Shown here piece after piece: positions 1-9,881 of a DNA stretch of 32,000 nucleotides. A program made the translations under genes and the position numbers. Within the stretch, counting starts at the first letter, position 1; the number at the start of each line of letters is the position of its first letter. The stretch is from Prochlorococcus marinus subsp. pastoris str. CCMP1986 (lineage in GTDB: Bacteria > Cyanobacteriota > Cyanobacteriia > PCC-6307 > Cyanobiaceae), in the NCBI RefSeq assembly GCF_000011465.1, contig NC_005072.1, positions 1,170,001-1,202,000 of the forward strand, given 5' to 3'. The notes below the pieces were generated by a model, which saw only the letters and a program-made list of their open reading frames with translations, made no database searches and was not told where the DNA came from.

Positions 1-517
1 ACCCAATAATTATGAAATGATAGATTTTTTACTTTTTAATGAAAAAAAAGCAAAAGTTGATTATGGTTTTGGATGTCCAGCTTGTGCAATGTTAATCTCT
101 AAAAAAGCTTTAGAAATTGTTAAAGGTTTTGATGAAACTCTAAAGAGAGTTGAAGATATGGATATAACTATAAGACTTTCTAGAGAGGGTTGTAATTTTA
201 TTAATTCAAAAAAGACCTTTGTTAATCAGCTTTCAACTCTAGGAGAAGATAAATTGCCTATTAACAATTTAAAATCTGAAATACAAATCATAAAAAAAAA
301 TAAAAACTACTTAAAAAATAAAAATATTTATTCTTATAGTAGATTATGGCCATATTTGCGTTTCTACCATTTCACCGGAAATTACTTTTTTTTAATATTT
401 TTTCTTATAGTTATATTTTTTATAAATCCCAAGAGAACTCTATACCATTTCATTTCATCAACAATAAATAGAATTAAACATGAGCATAAAATAAAAAATT
501 TTAAAAAAAGGGACTAA
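1..517 (+). CDS. glycosyltransferase family 2, C-terminal part (5' end lies upstream of the window)
   Basis: The frame of the 17..517 ORF stays open back to base 2 (PNNYE precedes the listed Met), so the gene is cut by the window edge. GFGCPACAMLISKKALEIVKGFDETLKRVEDMDITIRL resembles the C-terminal catalytic region of GT-A fold GT2 enzymes. There is a hydrophobic tail, NYFFLIFFLIVIFFI. Confidence 0.6.
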   Translation, partial: PNNYEMIDFLLFNEKKAKVDYGFGCPACAMLISKKALEIVKGFDETLKRVEDMDITIRLSREGCNFINSKKTFVNQLSTLGEDKLPINNLKSEIQIIKKNKNYLKNKNIYSYSRLWPYLRFYHFTGNYFFLIFFLIVIFFINPKRTLYHFISSTINRIKHEHKIKNFKKRD

Positions 518-518
518 T

Positions 519-1619
519 ATGAGAAATAATAAAAAAAGGATAATTGGATTTGTATGCACCAGTTTTGATAATGTAGCAGGTGGATTAGAAAGGCAAATTA
601 TTAGAACTAGTGAAAGTTTAAATTTAAAAGGATACAAAATTTATATTATTAGTTTTGATAATAATTCAGCAAAATCTTTCTACCAAATTCCAAATCAGAT
701 TGAGTGGTTAAAATGCGGAAATGGTCTTAAACCTCATACATCGGCAAAAAAATACCAAAGGTTAAAGCAAATTTTACATCTAAGAAAAACAATAAAAAAA
801 TATAAAATTACAGATATTATTACTTTCCATCATGGAATATTTCCAAGAGTCTTTTTAGCTTCATTTGCATTAAAAATTATTCATATTGTCTCGGAAAGAA
901 ATTCTCTTAAAAATTACGATTATATAAAATTGAATAAAATAAATTTAGGATTTCTTTCTCTATTTTTTGCTAATAAAATTACAGTCCAACTAAAATCATA
1001 TATAAAAGATTATCCATTCTTTTTAAGAAAAAAAATATATGTCATTAGTAATATTTTAAAGAATCCCTTAGAAAAATATAAAGCCCCAGACTTAAATAGT
1101 AATAAGGTTGCAATGGCTGGAAGATTATGTGCCCAAAAGAACTTTACTCCTCTTTTAGATCAAATCAAAAAATCAAATTCAAATGAAATTGAAGTATCAA
1201 TAGCTGGTGAAGGAGGGTTGAGATCTTTTTTAGAAAAAGAATATAACGAGCAAATTAAAAATTCTACCTTAAATTTAAGAGGAAATATTAAAAATATTGA
1301 CTCATTTTTTTCTGAATCCGCAATATTTTGTTTCCCTTCATTATGGGAAGGATATCCAAATTCGCTTGTCGAGGCCTTAAGGATGGGACTTCCAATTGTT
1401 ACTTCTAAAAGGATGAAATACTTAACAGAATTTGTAGAAAATAATGTCAATGGATTGATCCTTGATGATAATGATTTTCTATTTGAAATTAAGAAATTAA
1501 TAGTTGACAAGGAGAGATTAAATTTTATGAGTTTACAAAGCCACAATAAATATATTGCTTTATGCAAAAGAAATCCTATTAAAGATTGGATTAAACTAAT
1601 AGAAAGTAATTATCAGTAA
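519..1619 (+). CDS. glycosyltransferase, GT-B fold, family 4 (group 1)
   Basis: The C-terminal motif FCFPSLWEGYPNSLVEALRMGLPIVTS matches the E-x7-E region of GT4 enzymes. The start lies 1 nt after the upstream stop, and the gene's stop overlaps the next gene's start (TAATG at 1617-1621). Confidence 0.85.
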   Translation: MRNNKKRIIGFVCTSFDNVAGGLERQIIRTSESLNLKGYKIYIISFDNNSAKSFYQIPNQIEWLKCGNGLKPHTSAKKYQRLKQILHLRKTIKKYKITDIITFHHGIFPRVFLASFALKIIHIVSERNSLKNYDYIKLNKINLGFLSLFFANKITVQLKSYIKDYPFFLRKKIYVISNILKNPLEKYKAPDLNSNKVAMAGRLCAQKNFTPLLDQIKKSNSNEIEVSIAGEGGLRSFLEKEYNEQIKNSTLNLRGNIKNIDSFFSESAIFCFPSLWEGYPNSLVEALRMGLPIVTSKRMKYLTEFVENNVNGLILDDNDFLFEIKKLIVDKERLNFMSLQSHNKYIALCKRNPIKDWIKLIESNYQ

Positions 1620-2602
1620 TGCAACAAGAAGCTTTATTAACATGTGCATTTTCAACTTATAATGCATCAGAAACTATAGAATTTGCAATAGAATCTGCTT
1701 TTAATCAAACATATAAAAATAAAGAGTATTTAATAATAGATGACTGTTCAAATGATAATACTTTGAAAATTATTAGTGAAATAAATAAGAAAAAAAATAA
1801 TGTTATCCATATTGTCAAAAACGATAAAAATAGAGGTATAGGAGAAGTTAGAAATCAATTAATAAAATTATCGAATGGAGTATTTATTGCTTTTTTTGAT
1901 CATGATGACTACAGCCATCCAGATAGAGTTAAAGAGCAAATAAAATCAATTCAAAGATTCGAAAAGAAGCATAATATTCAATCAGAAAATTCACCTTTAT
2001 GTTATACAAATAGGAAAATAATATTTTCACCAAAAAATTTTTTAATTTGCAAATCTGTTTCTTATGACGTAAACAAATACTCAAATACAGATGGTGCACT
2101 TGCATTACTTTCAGCGAAAAGAATGCCTAAATTTAACTTATCAGGTAGTACAGCCACATGTACCCTATGCGCTAGAAAAAAAAGTCTGGTATTTATAGGA
2201 GGATTTAATAATGAATTAAGAAGATATGAAGACTTGGATTTAGCAATAAATGCACTTTTAAAAAAAACATCGCTAATATCTGTTGATGAAATACTACTTG
2301 ATCAGTTTTTTAAAAACGAAGCTTATAAGAAAAACTCAGAGATATATGAATTAAAAATGATAAAATTACATAAGAAATTTTTAGAGGAAAATAATTTATT
2401 TGACTTCTCATATAACTTTGCCAAGATGAAGCATTATTTTATAAACTATAATTTATTTTATTTTTTCAAATATCTTTTATATCTTCAATATAAATATCCC
2501 ATTAATTTTATAACAAAAGTCATGGGTTCATTTAAAACATTTTTTTTTAGTTTTCTAAATAAATTATATTCAAACGCAAATAATAAAAATGTTTTGGAGT
2601 AA
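1619..2602 (+). CDS. glycosyltransferase family 2
   Basis: The N-terminus has STYNASETIEFAIESAFNQTYKNKEYLIIDDCSNDNT followed by a DxD-type motif (FFDHDDYSHPDRV), which is the classic GT2 signature. The C-terminus is hydrophobic and aromatic-rich. Confidence 0.85.
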   Translation: MQQEALLTCAFSTYNASETIEFAIESAFNQTYKNKEYLIIDDCSNDNTLKIISEINKKKNNVIHIVKNDKNRGIGEVRNQLIKLSNGVFIAFFDHDDYSHPDRVKEQIKSIQRFEKKHNIQSENSPLCYTNRKIIFSPKNFLICKSVSYDVNKYSNTDGALALLSAKRMPKFNLSGSTATCTLCARKKSLVFIGGFNNELRRYEDLDLAINALLKKTSLISVDEILLDQFFKNEAYKKNSEIYELKMIKLHKKFLEENNLFDFSYNFAKMKHYFINYNLFYFFKYLLYLQYKYPINFITKVMGSFKTFFFSFLNKLYSNANNKNVLE

Positions 2603-2610
2603 GGAATTAC

Positions 2611-3759
2611 ATGAATAATAATATTAATTTAGCCATTGATTTAAGATATGCAGAAAAAAAGAACACCGGTTTAACAAGATTCTCTAAAAATATTTTTTTA
2701 AACTTACTAAATGCAGATTCCCTTAAATCAAAAAAATTTCTACTAATCTTGCCTCCTAAATCCTCTTCCTCTCATATTAGAGAATTTACAAAATTAAAAG
2801 GATTAAATAGGGTCATAGTTCATTGGGATCATAACAGAAAGTGGAGATGGAAATTAGGATTGTATTTCTTAGATATCAAACTTTATTTACTTTTAAGAAA
2901 AATGAATATTGGTATTTACATATCTCCTTTTATGGACCCACCAATTATGCCAGGTATAAAAATCATAAGTACAATTCATGATATAACTTTTTTAAAAATA
3001 GATAATTATTTTACTAAATTTGAAAATTTAAAAAAATTAATTGGAGATTTAAGGATTTTTATTACAGTCTTGATTTCAAAATATTTAATTACCGTTTCTA
3101 AATCTACAAAAGAAGATTTAATTAATAGATATAAATATCTACCACATAACCTGCAAAAAAAGATTTCGAATGCATTAATAATACCAAATGGTATAACTAA
3201 ATTATCTTTTAAGAAAAAGATTTCCCTTCCAAAAAAATTTCCCGAAAAATATTTTTTATACGTAGGTGACAGAAGACCTCATAAGAATATTGAATATTTG
3301 ATTAATTTAATTAACGGCATAAGAGCAGAATTAAAAGAAGATATATATCTTGTAATCGCGGGATCTAAATCTTATAAAAATGGATATCTGGATAAGAAAA
3401 TTATAAACAATAAGGTATTTATTCATGAATTTATTGATCCTAAAGATTACGAATTATCTTATCTTTATAAAAATTGTCGAGCATTCTTTCTTTTATCCAA
3501 GTCGGAAGGGTTTGGGATACCAATTATTGAGGCCGGAGTTTACCAAAAAAAAATTATTGCAAATAACATATCATCTTTAAGAGAGACAGCACCTAGTAAT
3601 TCTTTATTTATTAAGTGCCAGAATATTAATGAAGATAAAAAGAAAGTTATTTATTATCTAAGAAATAATAAAAATCCTAGTGCAAAAGAAGTTTTAAAAA
3701 AATGGAAATGGCAAAATTCATCAAAAATCTTATGCGATTTTATACAAAAAATTTGCTAA
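2611..3759 (+). CDS. glycosyltransferase, GT-B fold, family 4 (group 1)
   Basis: FFLLSKSEGFGIPIIEAGVYQKKIIANNISSLRE matches the GT4 EX7E nucleotide-sugar binding region. An AAGGA Shine-Dalgarno-like element lies just upstream of the ATG. Confidence 0.8.
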   Translation: MNNNINLAIDLRYAEKKNTGLTRFSKNIFLNLLNADSLKSKKFLLILPPKSSSSHIREFTKLKGLNRVIVHWDHNRKWRWKLGLYFLDIKLYLLLRKMNIGIYISPFMDPPIMPGIKIISTIHDITFLKIDNYFTKFENLKKLIGDLRIFITVLISKYLITVSKSTKEDLINRYKYLPHNLQKKISNALIIPNGITKLSFKKKISLPKKFPEKYFLYVGDRRPHKNIEYLINLINGIRAELKEDIYLVIAGSKSYKNGYLDKKIINNKVFIHEFIDPKDYELSYLYKNCRAFFLLSKSEGFGIPIIEAGVYQKKIIANNISSLRETAPSNSLFIKCQNINEDKKKVIYYLRNNKNPSAKEVLKKWKWQNSSKILCDFIQKIC

Positions 3760-4251
3760 AATTTTGCAATAAAAAATTCTAATGCTAAAAGAATAAATAT
3801 AAACTAAAGAAGAATAAAGCTTTAACTTATTTAGCCTTAGAATTATGTTTTTTCTCTTAGCGTATGTCTAATTAAAATAAATTTTTCTTCACAAGTAGCT
3901 ACCAGAAAACAAAAAAGAACTTTCCATTAACGAGTTCAATGTTAGTTCCCAACTCAAATAAACTAAATCTTTCATTAATATTTCAGCATCTGAGCTACTT
4001 ATCAAAATGATTATAAAATTCACCATTAAAAACTAATAAATATCTATTATTGCTACTAATTATTTGATTCTAAGCCTCATGCATATTAAGAATGGATAGT
4101 CTTTTATGAGCAACTACATAATTACTATTATATTTATCCAGCAACCCTCCGAATCAGGTTATCTTGAAAGAAGATTATTTAAAAGGTATATCAATGAATC
4201 CTTAACGGCTCAAAAAGAATAAGAATAGATACCTTCAAATCAACATATAAT

Positions 4252-4281
4252 AAAAAACTAGAATTTGATTTTAAATTCTAG
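4252..4281 (-). terminator. candidate intrinsic terminator of the wza-like gene
   Basis: A perfect 9-bp inverted repeat (CTAGAATTT, 4258-4266 / AAATTCTAG, 4273-4281) with a 6-nt loop starts 6 nt past the minus-strand stop codon at 4288-4290. On the minus strand it is followed by T6 (A6 at 4252-4257). The stem is AT-rich and therefore weak. Confidence 0.5.
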
Positions 4282-4287
4282 ATAAGA

Positions 4288-5343
4288 TTAAAAGCCTTCA
4301 TCTACTAATTTTATTACTGCGATTCCATTTAATATCCCTGTGAGGGGATCAGTAACAGCCGCCAAACCAGAAGCTAAATTTTGAATTAAATTAGGATTAA
4401 CTTTTATTAAATCTCCATCTTTTAGGATAGGGTTCTTTTCTCTTGACATACTTTGACTTAAGTCAATTTTAAATCGTTTTCTATAAGCAGATCCATTCTG
4501 ATTAATTCTTATTAATTCAACATTACCTTTATTACTCTTCCATTGGACAGGTCCACCTGCCTGCATAATGGCTTGTACTAAAGGTGTATTTGATTTTATT
4601 TTCGTAGTGCCAGGAGTATTAACTGATCCAATTATATTAACGTTAATATTTGCTGGAAAAATATTAGAAGAAGCTATTGAATTAAATTCTTCTTCATTAT
4701 TTGATGCTTTTTTTAAGGTAATAATATCGCCATCATTTAGAAAAATATTCTGAGATTGATCTCCTTTAATAATAATATCAACTAAGCTGAGCGAGGTTTT
4801 TTTTATAGACTTCTCCTTATCATAAAATTTTCTTATAACTTCTATATCTCGTAAATTAGTTTGGCTAGTAACTCCACCGGCTTTTTTTAATGCTGCTAAA
4901 AGGGTTGGAGAATTTCTCATGCTATCTTCAAATTCATGTAAACCAGGCTTATTAACTTCTCCAATTATTGAAATTTTTACTGGTCGAAAAGCTTTCACTT
5001 GAATTGATAAATCTGGTCTCAATAATTGCTTAGAAAACTCTCTTATCAATATCCTTTCCACTTCATTAATATTTTTTTCTCTAATGTCAATATCTCCTAT
5101 CAAAGGTAAAGGTAAAGAACCATTGCTTAATACTATATAAATTCCCGATAAAGATGGTGCATATTGAAAATTTATACTCAATAAATCACCTGGGCCTAAA
5201 ATATATTTATCTTTATGTATATAAAGATTATTGTTAGTTTCTAATTTTTCTTCTTCTTGAGCTTCTATGGCATAACAAATATTAAAATTAAAAAATGTCA
5301 TTAAGGTAAATAAAAAACATGTAAAAAAATATTTTATTTTCAT
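4288..5343 (-). CDS. wza: polysaccharide export protein, Wza/KpsD/GumB family (Poly_export + SLBB domains)
   Basis: The N-terminus carries a signal-like hydrophobic segment (FFTCFLFTLMTFFNFNICYA). The Poly_export motif YILGPGDLLSINF is present. GD/PG-containing soluble-ligand-binding beta-grasp-like segments recur (e.g. GEVNKPG, GSVNTPG, LKDGDLIKV). Confidence 0.85.
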   Translation of the reverse strand: MKIKYFFTCFLFTLMTFFNFNICYAIEAQEEEKLETNNNLYIHKDKYILGPGDLLSINFQYAPSLSGIYIVLSNGSLPLPLIGDIDIREKNINEVERILIREFSKQLLRPDLSIQVKAFRPVKISIIGEVNKPGLHEFEDSMRNSPTLLAALKKAGGVTSQTNLRDIEVIRKFYDKEKSIKKTSLSLVDIIIKGDQSQNIFLNDGDIITLKKASNNEEEFNSIASSNIFPANINVNIIGSVNTPGTTKIKSNTPLVQAIMQAGGPVQWKSNKGNVELIRINQNGSAYRKRFKIDLSQSMSREKNPILKDGDLIKVNPNLIQNLASGLAAVTDPLTGILNGIAVIKLVDEGF

Positions 5344-5463
5344 TACAAAAATTATACTTTTACTACTATAGTGTTATTTAGATAAATTTTTCAATTTTTT
5401 TATAAAATTATATATTATATTTGATTTTAAAAAAAAATTTTTAATAAGCATATTCAATTTTCT
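5344..5463. promoter_or_regulatory. divergent intergenic region between the wza-like and wzc-like genes (presumed promoters)
   Basis: This is a 120-bp, almost pure A/T spacer between divergently oriented start codons. I can see several TATAAT-like hexamers but cannot discriminate a real promoter from background. Confidence 0.3.
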
Positions 5464-7275
5464 ATGACTGTAAATATCAAAGGTATTTTTAGAAACAAAG
5501 ATGACGAAGAATCTATTGATTTTGAGAGTATATTTAAACACTTAATCTCTCAAAAAAAAATTAGCATATTTATTTTTCTAATTTCATTTTTCACAATATT
5601 TATACCTTTAGCATTGAAAAAGAATAAAGATTTACTTTTTCAGGGCGAATTTGAATTATTAATTCAAGATCCAATAGCTTTACAAAGCCCAACAAGTAAA
5701 TTTTCTAGTAATATTTCATTAGCAGGCCTATCTTCCTCACTTAGTCCATCGGAAGGTAATTTAAATACTCTCAAAACTTACCTAAAAAGCAATGAAGTTT
5801 TAGGAGAATTAGCCTCCAAATTTGGATATAAAACAAAGGAATTAGCTAGTTTTATTGAAATTACACTGGGTGGGGAAAATAAACAAGCAGAGGGGATTTT
5901 AAACGTTTATTTAGAAATTGATAATGCTCTTAAAGGAGAAGTAATTTTAAATGGATTAAGCAAAACATTTATAAGTGCATCCACAAAATATAATCTAGAG
6001 AAATTAAAGGATGGACTTAAATTTATCAATAGTGAAAAACCTAATTTTGAAAGAAAAGTAGAATTACTACAGAAAGAGTTTTATAAATTTGAGGAAAAGT
6101 ATAAAATAATTAGAGGTGGGAAAGACAACACAATAATAAATATAATTAAAAAAGATAATTCTTTAAAAGATAAAATTAAAGACTTAGAAGATAATGGCAA
6201 TGCTTTAAATCTTCAAAAAGCAGGAATATTAAAAAAAAGACTTTTAGAAATTGAAGGTGAATTTAAAAAACCCACGGAAATACTTAACAGGCTTAATTCA
6301 ATAGAAAAAGAAATTGTACAATACTCTATCGCAATTAAAAGGTTTATATCCTTATCTGAAACTTATAGATTAGAGATTGCACAGAATACAATTCCATGGC
6401 GAATAATTTCTCCTCCTCTAATGAATAAATCACCTAAAAAAGTAGAATATTTAAAATTGTTTACCTTAAGTTCTTTTGCGAGTGGATTTGTAACATTATC
6501 AATACTTTTTAGCTATATAAAACTTAAAAATAGATTTAGAGATGAAGCAGATATAAAAAATTTTATTAATATTCCTTGCTTAGGAAGTCTACCTATATTG
6601 AGTAAAAATGAAATTTCAGAAATTAAAAACATTAAAGATTTAAATAATTCTCTAGAAGATAAAAAATCAAACTTCGTTGTTTTCCAAAAATCAATAGAAG
6701 AATATTGTATAGGAATTAAAAATTTAAATGAGAGTAAAAATTTCAAAACTTTTTTTCTAGCAAGTCCATTTTCTCAAGAAGTTAAAACATTGGTAAATGT
6801 ACTTTCTTCAAAAATATTATCAAGTACAAATGAAAGAGTTATTTTAATTGACACAAATTTCGGATCTCCGATATTAGATAAATTTTTTAATTTAAATTCT
6901 TCTATTGGGGTTTTAGATTATTTAGCTAATGAAAAAATTCAAATAAGTCAAATAATAAACAAATCCAATATTAATAATTACCTAGATATAATTTCTTCAG
7001 GTCAAGATTTGAGCAATAAAATGTTGCTTGGATCATTAAGAATGAAAGAATTAATTGAAAATTTAAAAAATAATTATCAATACATATTTATTAATGGTTC
7101 TTCGATAAATAATTCTCCTCAATCTGTTATAAATGGCAATTTATCCGATCTAACTACAATACTAATAAGTACCAATAATCTTAAAAAATCAGATCTAGTT
7201 AAATCTGTTGATAAACTTTCTAAAGCAGGATCTAATATAGATGCATATTTAATAATAAATCAAGACTTAAAATAA
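5464..7275 (+). CDS. polysaccharide co-polymerase (Wzz/Wzc/GumC/ExoP-like) with a degenerate C-terminal P-loop domain
   Basis: The topology is TM1 (ISIFIFLISFFTIFIPLAL), a long charged coiled-coil-like periplasmic region, then TM2 (LFTLSSFASGFVTLSILFSYI). The C-terminal domain aligns by eye to BY-kinase domains: LASPFSQEVKT at the Walker A position, VILIDTNF at Walker A', and YIFINGSS at Walker B. Confidence 0.75.
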   Translation: MTVNIKGIFRNKDDEESIDFESIFKHLISQKKISIFIFLISFFTIFIPLALKKNKDLLFQGEFELLIQDPIALQSPTSKFSSNISLAGLSSSLSPSEGNLNTLKTYLKSNEVLGELASKFGYKTKELASFIEITLGGENKQAEGILNVYLEIDNALKGEVILNGLSKTFISASTKYNLEKLKDGLKFINSEKPNFERKVELLQKEFYKFEEKYKIIRGGKDNTIINIIKKDNSLKDKIKDLEDNGNALNLQKAGILKKRLLEIEGEFKKPTEILNRLNSIEKEIVQYSIAIKRFISLSETYRLEIAQNTIPWRIISPPLMNKSPKKVEYLKLFTLSSFASGFVTLSILFSYIKLKNRFRDEADIKNFINIPCLGSLPILSKNEISEIKNIKDLNNSLEDKKSNFVVFQKSIEEYCIGIKNLNESKNFKTFFLASPFSQEVKTLVNVLSSKILSSTNERVILIDTNFGSPILDKFFNLNSSIGVLDYLANEKIQISQIINKSNINNYLDIISSGQDLSNKMLLGSLRMKELIENLKNNYQYIFINGSSINNSPQSVINGNLSDLTTILISTNNLKKSDLVKSVDKLSKAGSNIDAYLIINQDLK

Positions 7276-8316
7276 AATATTTTGATAGGGAATCCATCCT
7301 CTAGAAGTGGAGCCATAATTTAACCAGACAAATTGAATTAAAAATGCCATTAAAACGACAGAAAGATTTATATATTTTCTTCTCAGTTTTGCAAATTTTA
7401 ATTCTGGTAAATTAGACAATATGAATATCATAATAGGCAATGCATATAAAGCTAGTCTATCTATGATGGTGCTGCTTGGGCTAATTATTAAAAGTGGGAT
7501 AAGAGACAAAGAATAAAAAGAAATAGATTTCCAGATTATTATTTGATTTTTATTCAATTGAAGATTTTTTCCTAGTAAAAGAAATAATATTGATGGAAAT
7601 ACCACCATAAATAGTCTGATGTAAACCCCACTTGAAGATCTTTGATATTCAGTAATATAAAAACGAATATATTGTCCAATAAACTTTTCGACAAAAGCTA
7701 AATACAATGTTCCTGCAAAAAGAAAAGAAATTATAATTTTTGAAATCTTATTTATAAATTTTGGAGAACTTATGTAATATGGGGCTAACAAAAAAACAGC
7801 GACTATACTAGGAAGATGAAATAAGCTAGCAAAAATATTCAATAATAAATAAATTAACTTTTTACCTTGAGATAAAAAAACAAGGCCAATCATTAAGATA
7901 CCCAGTGCTACTGATTGTCTTGTATAACCCATTCCAATAACAATCACTATGTAAGGAATAGAGATGGTCAAAGCAAGCCATTGTCTTTTCAAAGATCCAC
8001 AAAATATAATCAAACCACAAGAAAAAATAAAACCACATATTAAATTAACACCATAAATCCCAAAATTTAAATTGTTTGATATTACACTCAAAATAGAAAA
8101 TAAAAATTCCTTTTTTAAAAAAACATTTTTTACATATTGAAGTTTTTCAAAAGCAATTAAATAATTACCCCAATCTTCTCCAACTTTAAATCTGAGGCCA
8201 ATAATAATAGAAAAAAAGAGAATCAGAAGAAAGGATGTTTTTTTATTCCACTTTTCTTTTGGTCTTACTAGTGCCAATATTGCAGGAACTAAAAACAAAA
8301 TCCAATATATTAACAA
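7267..8316 (-). CDS. EpsG-family polytopic membrane protein, putative Wzy-type polysaccharide polymerase
   Basis: The protein has about 10 hydrophobic helices. The N-proximal LRFKVGEDWGNYLIAFEKL resembles the conserved EpsG-family R-x-G-x-D-x-x-x-Y region. The apparent start is TTG (no in-frame ATG near the 5' end). The 3' end overlaps the convergent wzc-like gene by 9 nt. Confidence 0.7.
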   Translation of the reverse strand: MLIYWILFLVPAILALVRPKEKWNKKTSFLLILFFSIIIGLRFKVGEDWGNYLIAFEKLQYVKNVFLKKEFLFSILSVISNNLNFGIYGVNLICGFIFSCGLIIFCGSLKRQWLALTISIPYIVIVIGMGYTRQSVALGILMIGLVFLSQGKKLIYLLLNIFASLFHLPSIVAVFLLAPYYISSPKFINKISKIIISFLFAGTLYLAFVEKFIGQYIRFYITEYQRSSSGVYIRLFMVVFPSILFLLLGKNLQLNKNQIIIWKSISFYSLSLIPLLIISPSSTIIDRLALYALPIMIFILSNLPELKFAKLRRKYINLSVVLMAFLIQFVWLNYGSTSRGWIPYQNILF

Positions 8317-8410
8317 TTTTTAAAAAGATATCTAACTAAATAATATTAATCTTAAAAATATCTAATAAATTTTTTAAATTAATAATTCTTAAATTTTAAT
8401 AAATTCCAAG

Positions 8411-8435
8411 AAAAAAAAAAACTTATAATTTAAGT
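8411..8435 (-). terminator. weak hairpin plus T-run downstream of the wecA-like gene
   Basis: On the minus strand, ACTTA-AATTA-TAAGT (8435-8421) is followed by a T10-T11 run (A run at 8411-8421 on the + strand), 10 nt past the stop at 8446-8448. The stem is only 5 bp. Confidence 0.3.
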
Positions 8436-8445
8436 CATCCTAACT

Positions 8446-9423
8446 TCAAAAAATAATAAATAACAAAAGACAAGAAGAACAAATTGTAATCCCATATAAA
8501 ATAAATACTGTTGAAGTTTCACTAAAATTATTCCTTATTAATAAGTGATGCAAATGATTACTATCTGGATAAATGAGTGATTTTTTCTTCACAAATCTAA
8601 CTATGATGACTCTTAGCATATCTACTAATGGATAGAACAAAGTTAATAAAGGCACTCTAAAATCAAGAATATTCTGATTATTTTTTGAGACAAGTAAGCT
8701 TAAAAAAGCCAACGTAAAACCTATAAAATACGTACCTCCGTCTCCCATAAGAATTTTTGCAGGCTTAAAATTAAAATTAAGAAAGGCAAAAGAGGAGCCC
8801 GCTAAAGCAAATGAAATTAGTGCATATTCATAATCATTATTTTGTATCGCAATTATTCCGAATGTTGATAACATAATCCCAGTACATCCAGAAGCTAAAC
8901 CATCTAGTCCATCTATCCAATTTATTGCATTTGTTACTCCAACTAACCAAATCAAGGTAAGGATTAAGCTCAAATAATTAGGAAAAATTATATTTTCAAA
9001 TCCCAAATTAAGAAAAGAAATATCAATATTATTTAAATCAATTCCTAAATTCCAAGCAAAACAAGCCAAAATAAAGCTCAAGAAAAGTCTTTTAAATGGA
9101 GAGAGAGAAAGAACATCATCATAAATGCCTATTAAAAAGAAACATAATGATAAACCAACCAAAACAAAAAGGACTCGATATTCAATAATAAAAAAGCTTG
9201 AAATATACTGAAAAAATATAAACCCAAGTAAACTTAAAAAAAACCCAAGAAATATAGCTAGTCCTCCAATCCTCACAAGTTTTATTTTTTTTACCTTTCT
9301 TGAATTAAGAGAATCAAAAATACCGTATTTACTTCCTATCTTTTTAGAAAAAGGAACAAGTATGAAAGTTAAAAGAAATGCAATTATGAATATTATTAAT
9401 AAGCAAGTAATTTCAATTAACAT
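8446..9423 (-). CDS. polyprenyl-phosphate N-acetylhexosamine-1-phosphate transferase (MraY/WecA/WbpL family, Glycos_transf_4), initiating transferase
   Basis: This is a polytopic membrane protein. VGVTNAINWIDGLDGLASG is the hallmark motif of the MraY/WecA family, and DD is present in the IYDDVL loop. Confidence 0.85.
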   Translation of the reverse strand: MLIEITCLLIIFIIAFLLTFILVPFSKKIGSKYGIFDSLNSRKVKKIKLVRIGGLAIFLGFFLSLLGFIFFQYISSFFIIEYRVLFVLVGLSLCFFLIGIYDDVLSLSPFKRLFLSFILACFAWNLGIDLNNIDISFLNLGFENIIFPNYLSLILTLIWLVGVTNAINWIDGLDGLASGCTGIMLSTFGIIAIQNNDYEYALISFALAGSSFAFLNFNFKPAKILMGDGGTYFIGFTLAFLSLLVSKNNQNILDFRVPLLTLFYPLVDMLRVIIVRFVKKKSLIYPDSNHLHHLLIRNNFSETSTVFILYGITICSSCLLLFIIF

Positions 9424-9881
9424 TTTAATTTTAAAAAATTTAAGTTTAAATTTTATTCAATATTGAGAATAATACAGATTGATCTAAAGATAATAAACTT
9501 TTTAGTAATTTAAAAGAAAATGTATAAATTAATTTTAAAATAAATATATATTAAATTTAAAAAACTCTATTCTTGAAAAAGAATTCATTAGTTTGGTATA
9601 TATAAAATTGAAAATTGATACAAATAAGAATTAAATTTATTTTTTTATATTTACAATACTGATCTATTAATATACCATTATTTGAAATTTAAAAAATATC
9701 TTTTCTAAATGCTCTAAAGGAAAGTACTAAATCATCGCATCGTCTTAAATTTAGATTTTCAATTGATTATTAAAAATGATTTTATTTAAAAATTACTAAC
9801 TATTTAATCTTTATTTATCCTTAAAAATATTTTTACAGATTACTTAAAATAATTTATTCTATTCTTAATCAGATTTAATTT
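9424..9881. promoter_or_regulatory. 458-bp divergent intergenic region (presumed promoters for the wecA-like gene and ORF 9882)
   Basis: No ORF of 60 aa or more lies on either strand. The region is extremely AT-rich and contains a small hairpin, ATTCTT-GAAA-AAGAAT, near 9569-9584. Confidence 0.3.

Noticed and set aside
1160..1567. A 135-aa antisense ORF inside the GT4 gene. Similar short ORFs in the track lie within longer genes on the opposite strand or in another frame: 4568-4753 (+), 6513-6746 (-), 10879-11085 (+), 12739-12930 (-), 13440-13637 (-), 14189-14374 (-), 15263-15523 (-), 18386-18577 (-) and 21709-21933 (-).
   Set aside because: Each lies wholly or almost wholly inside, or overlaps the 3' end of, a longer ORF with clear family motifs. 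Their translations are low-complexity (Ile/Leu/Phe/Lys/Ser-rich) with no recognisable motif. Such shadow ORFs are expected in AT-rich DNA, where stop codons are depleted on the antisense strand of coding regions.
4106..4222. A 38-codon ORF in the GT4/wza gap considered as a real small gene.
   Set aside because: It has no convincing ribosome-binding site and no recognisable motif, and chance ORFs of this size are frequent. I kept it only as a note inside the gap finding.
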